Below, one piece after another: positions 63,082 to 64,000 of a DNA stretch of 64,000 bases; within the stretch, counting starts at the first letter, position 1, and the number at the start of each line of letters is the position of its first letter. This DNA comes from a bacterium BMS3Abin08. Its GTDB lineage: Bacteria > Nitrospirota > Thermodesulfovibrionia > Thermodesulfovibrionales > JdFR-85. The notes beneath the pieces were generated by a model, which saw nothing but the letters and a program-made list of their open reading frames with translations, was not told the DNA's origin and searched no databases. Location: the NCBI GenBank assembly GCA_002897935.1, contig BDTA01000015.1, forward strand, positions 17,735 to 81,734. The letters run 5' to 3'. The translations under genes and the position numbers were made by a program.

Positions 63082-64000
63082 ATGAGCCATTTCAGGATAA
63101 GATGCCGGAACTGTGGAAAGGTACTTGTCGATACATACTGTGCCTTCTGTGAACACTGCAAGGGCGCACTTCTCATAACGGAATACCTTGACAGGGAGTT
63201 CAGGGTGTCGGACAGGGGAGGTATCTGGAAATATAACTGGCTTCCTATACATGAAGCCGGTTTCCCCCAGCCGGCCCCGGTCGTATACAGGTCTGACCGC
63301 CTTGCCGAATTCCTCGGCCTTGACGGTCTTTATGTCGCCTTTAACGGCTACTGGCCTGAACGCGGGGCAGACATCCAGACTTGCACCTTCAAGGAATTTG
63401 AGGCTGCTGTTGTATTACAGAATGCCCGTGAAAATGACGTAAAGGGCCTTGTTGTAGCTTCTGCGGGTAATACTGCGCGTGCCTTTGCCCATCTGTCATC
63501 AGTCTCCGATTTTCCTGTAATCATAGTCGTTCCCCGGATGTGTCTTCTTGAAATGTGGTATCTCGTGGAGACTGTAATGGTACCCACGGTTGCCGTAAGC
63601 GACGGTGACTATTCGGACTCGATCGACGTTGCCAGAAAGATAGCAACCACTATGGGCATGCCCTTTGAGGGAGGGGTAAAGAATATTGCCAAGAGGGACG
63701 GCCTCGGCATAGTCCTGATGGAGGCCGTTAACAGGATAGGGAGGCTGCCCGAGCACTATTTTCAGGCGATAGGCAGTGGTACAGGGGCCATAGGGGTCTG
63801 GGAAATGTCTGAGAGGTTCCTGATGGACGGAAGGTTCGGCTCAAGACAGCCTGTGCTGCACCTCGCACAGAACCTCCCCTTTGCGCCGATGGTAAAGGCA
63901 TGGGAGAGAGAGAGCCGAAGCCTTTTTACGGAAGACCTCAACCCGGACCTGATAGTGGAAATAACAACGCGTGTGCTGTCTAACCGGTACCCCGCATATT
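63082..64000 (+). CDS. threonine-synthase-fold PLP enzyme, cysteate-synthase-like; 3' end runs off the window
   Basis: My own translation, open for 306 codons, with RBS GGAGG. N-terminal Zn-ribbon CRNCG...CAFCEHC. FNGYWPERGADIQTCTFKEFEA has the Lys in an FKE context rather than the SFKDRG of ThrC. ASAGNTARAFA. The family assignment (TIGR03844-like) is from memory and needs an HMM check. Confidence 0.55.
   Translation, partial: MSHFRIRCRNCGKVLVDTYCAFCEHCKGALLITEYLDREFRVSDRGGIWKYNWLPIHEAGFPQPAPVVYRSDRLAEFLGLDGLYVAFNGYWPERGADIQTCTFKEFEAAVVLQNARENDVKGLVVASAGNTARAFAHLSSVSDFPVIIVVPRMCLLEMWYLVETVMVPTVAVSDGDYSDSIDVARKIATTMGMPFEGGVKNIAKRDGLGIVLMEAVNRIGRLPEHYFQAIGSGTGAIGVWEMSERFLMDGRFGSRQPVLHLAQNLPFAPMVKAWERESRSLFTEDLNPDLIVEITTRVLSNRYPAY

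Overview
64-kb chromosomal window, mid-40s % GC by eye, from an anaerobic bacterium. The gene content resembles sulfate-reducing Desulfobacterota or Nitrospirota, but that taxonomic call is inference only.

Gene blocks, left to right:
- (1) A partial sulfite/nitrite-reductase-like gene. It is followed by a histidine kinase plus NtrC-type regulator, a sigma-54 promoter and two secreted DsrE-like proteins.
- (2) The mlaEFD-mlaA-mlaC lipid-asymmetry operon.
- (3) A large compatible-solute block: MpgP/GpgP-type phosphatase, glycerate 2-kinase, panD, a KamA-family radical SAM enzyme, GpgS-like synthase, treT-like, fused otsA-otsB and speE.
- (4) A SPOR/beta-barrel outer-membrane protein, an HDOD-GGDEF cyclase and trmB.
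- (5) A dense oxygen/peroxide-defence island. It holds a Fur/PerR regulator, an erythrin-like diiron protein, FprA, rubredoxin, 1Fe-SOR, a peroxiredoxin with an in-frame TGA plus SECIS-like hairpin (selenoprotein), a SagB-type nitroreductase, desulforedoxin, rubrerythrin, an Isf-like flavoprotein and a glutaredoxin-like protein. Four of its small metal-binding ORFs are shorter than 60 aa and absent from the ORF track.
- (6) hypE-hypA-hypF-hypB.
- (7) A second sigma-54 two-component pair, next to an NMT1-like/DUF362 pair.
- (8) A GAF-type sigma-54 activator. It is surrounded by three good sigma-54 promoters that drive OsmC/DsrE-like genes, OsmC-metF, and a corrinoid methyl-transfer operon (two MtaA/UroD-like methyltransferases, an MtrH-like methyltransferase, a corrinoid protein, a RACo/RamA-type activase, a QueG/RdhA-like Fe-S protein and an AhpD-like protein). 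A NarI/HdrE-like cytochrome b, an HdrD/DsrK-like protein and a cysteate-synthase-like PLP enzyme follow.

This last combination is the most interesting candidate system in the window.

Nearly every long intergenic region is filled with several families of MITE/REP-like palindromic repeats. These generate spurious ORFs and remodel at least one gene end. No rRNA, tRNA or CRISPR array was recognised.
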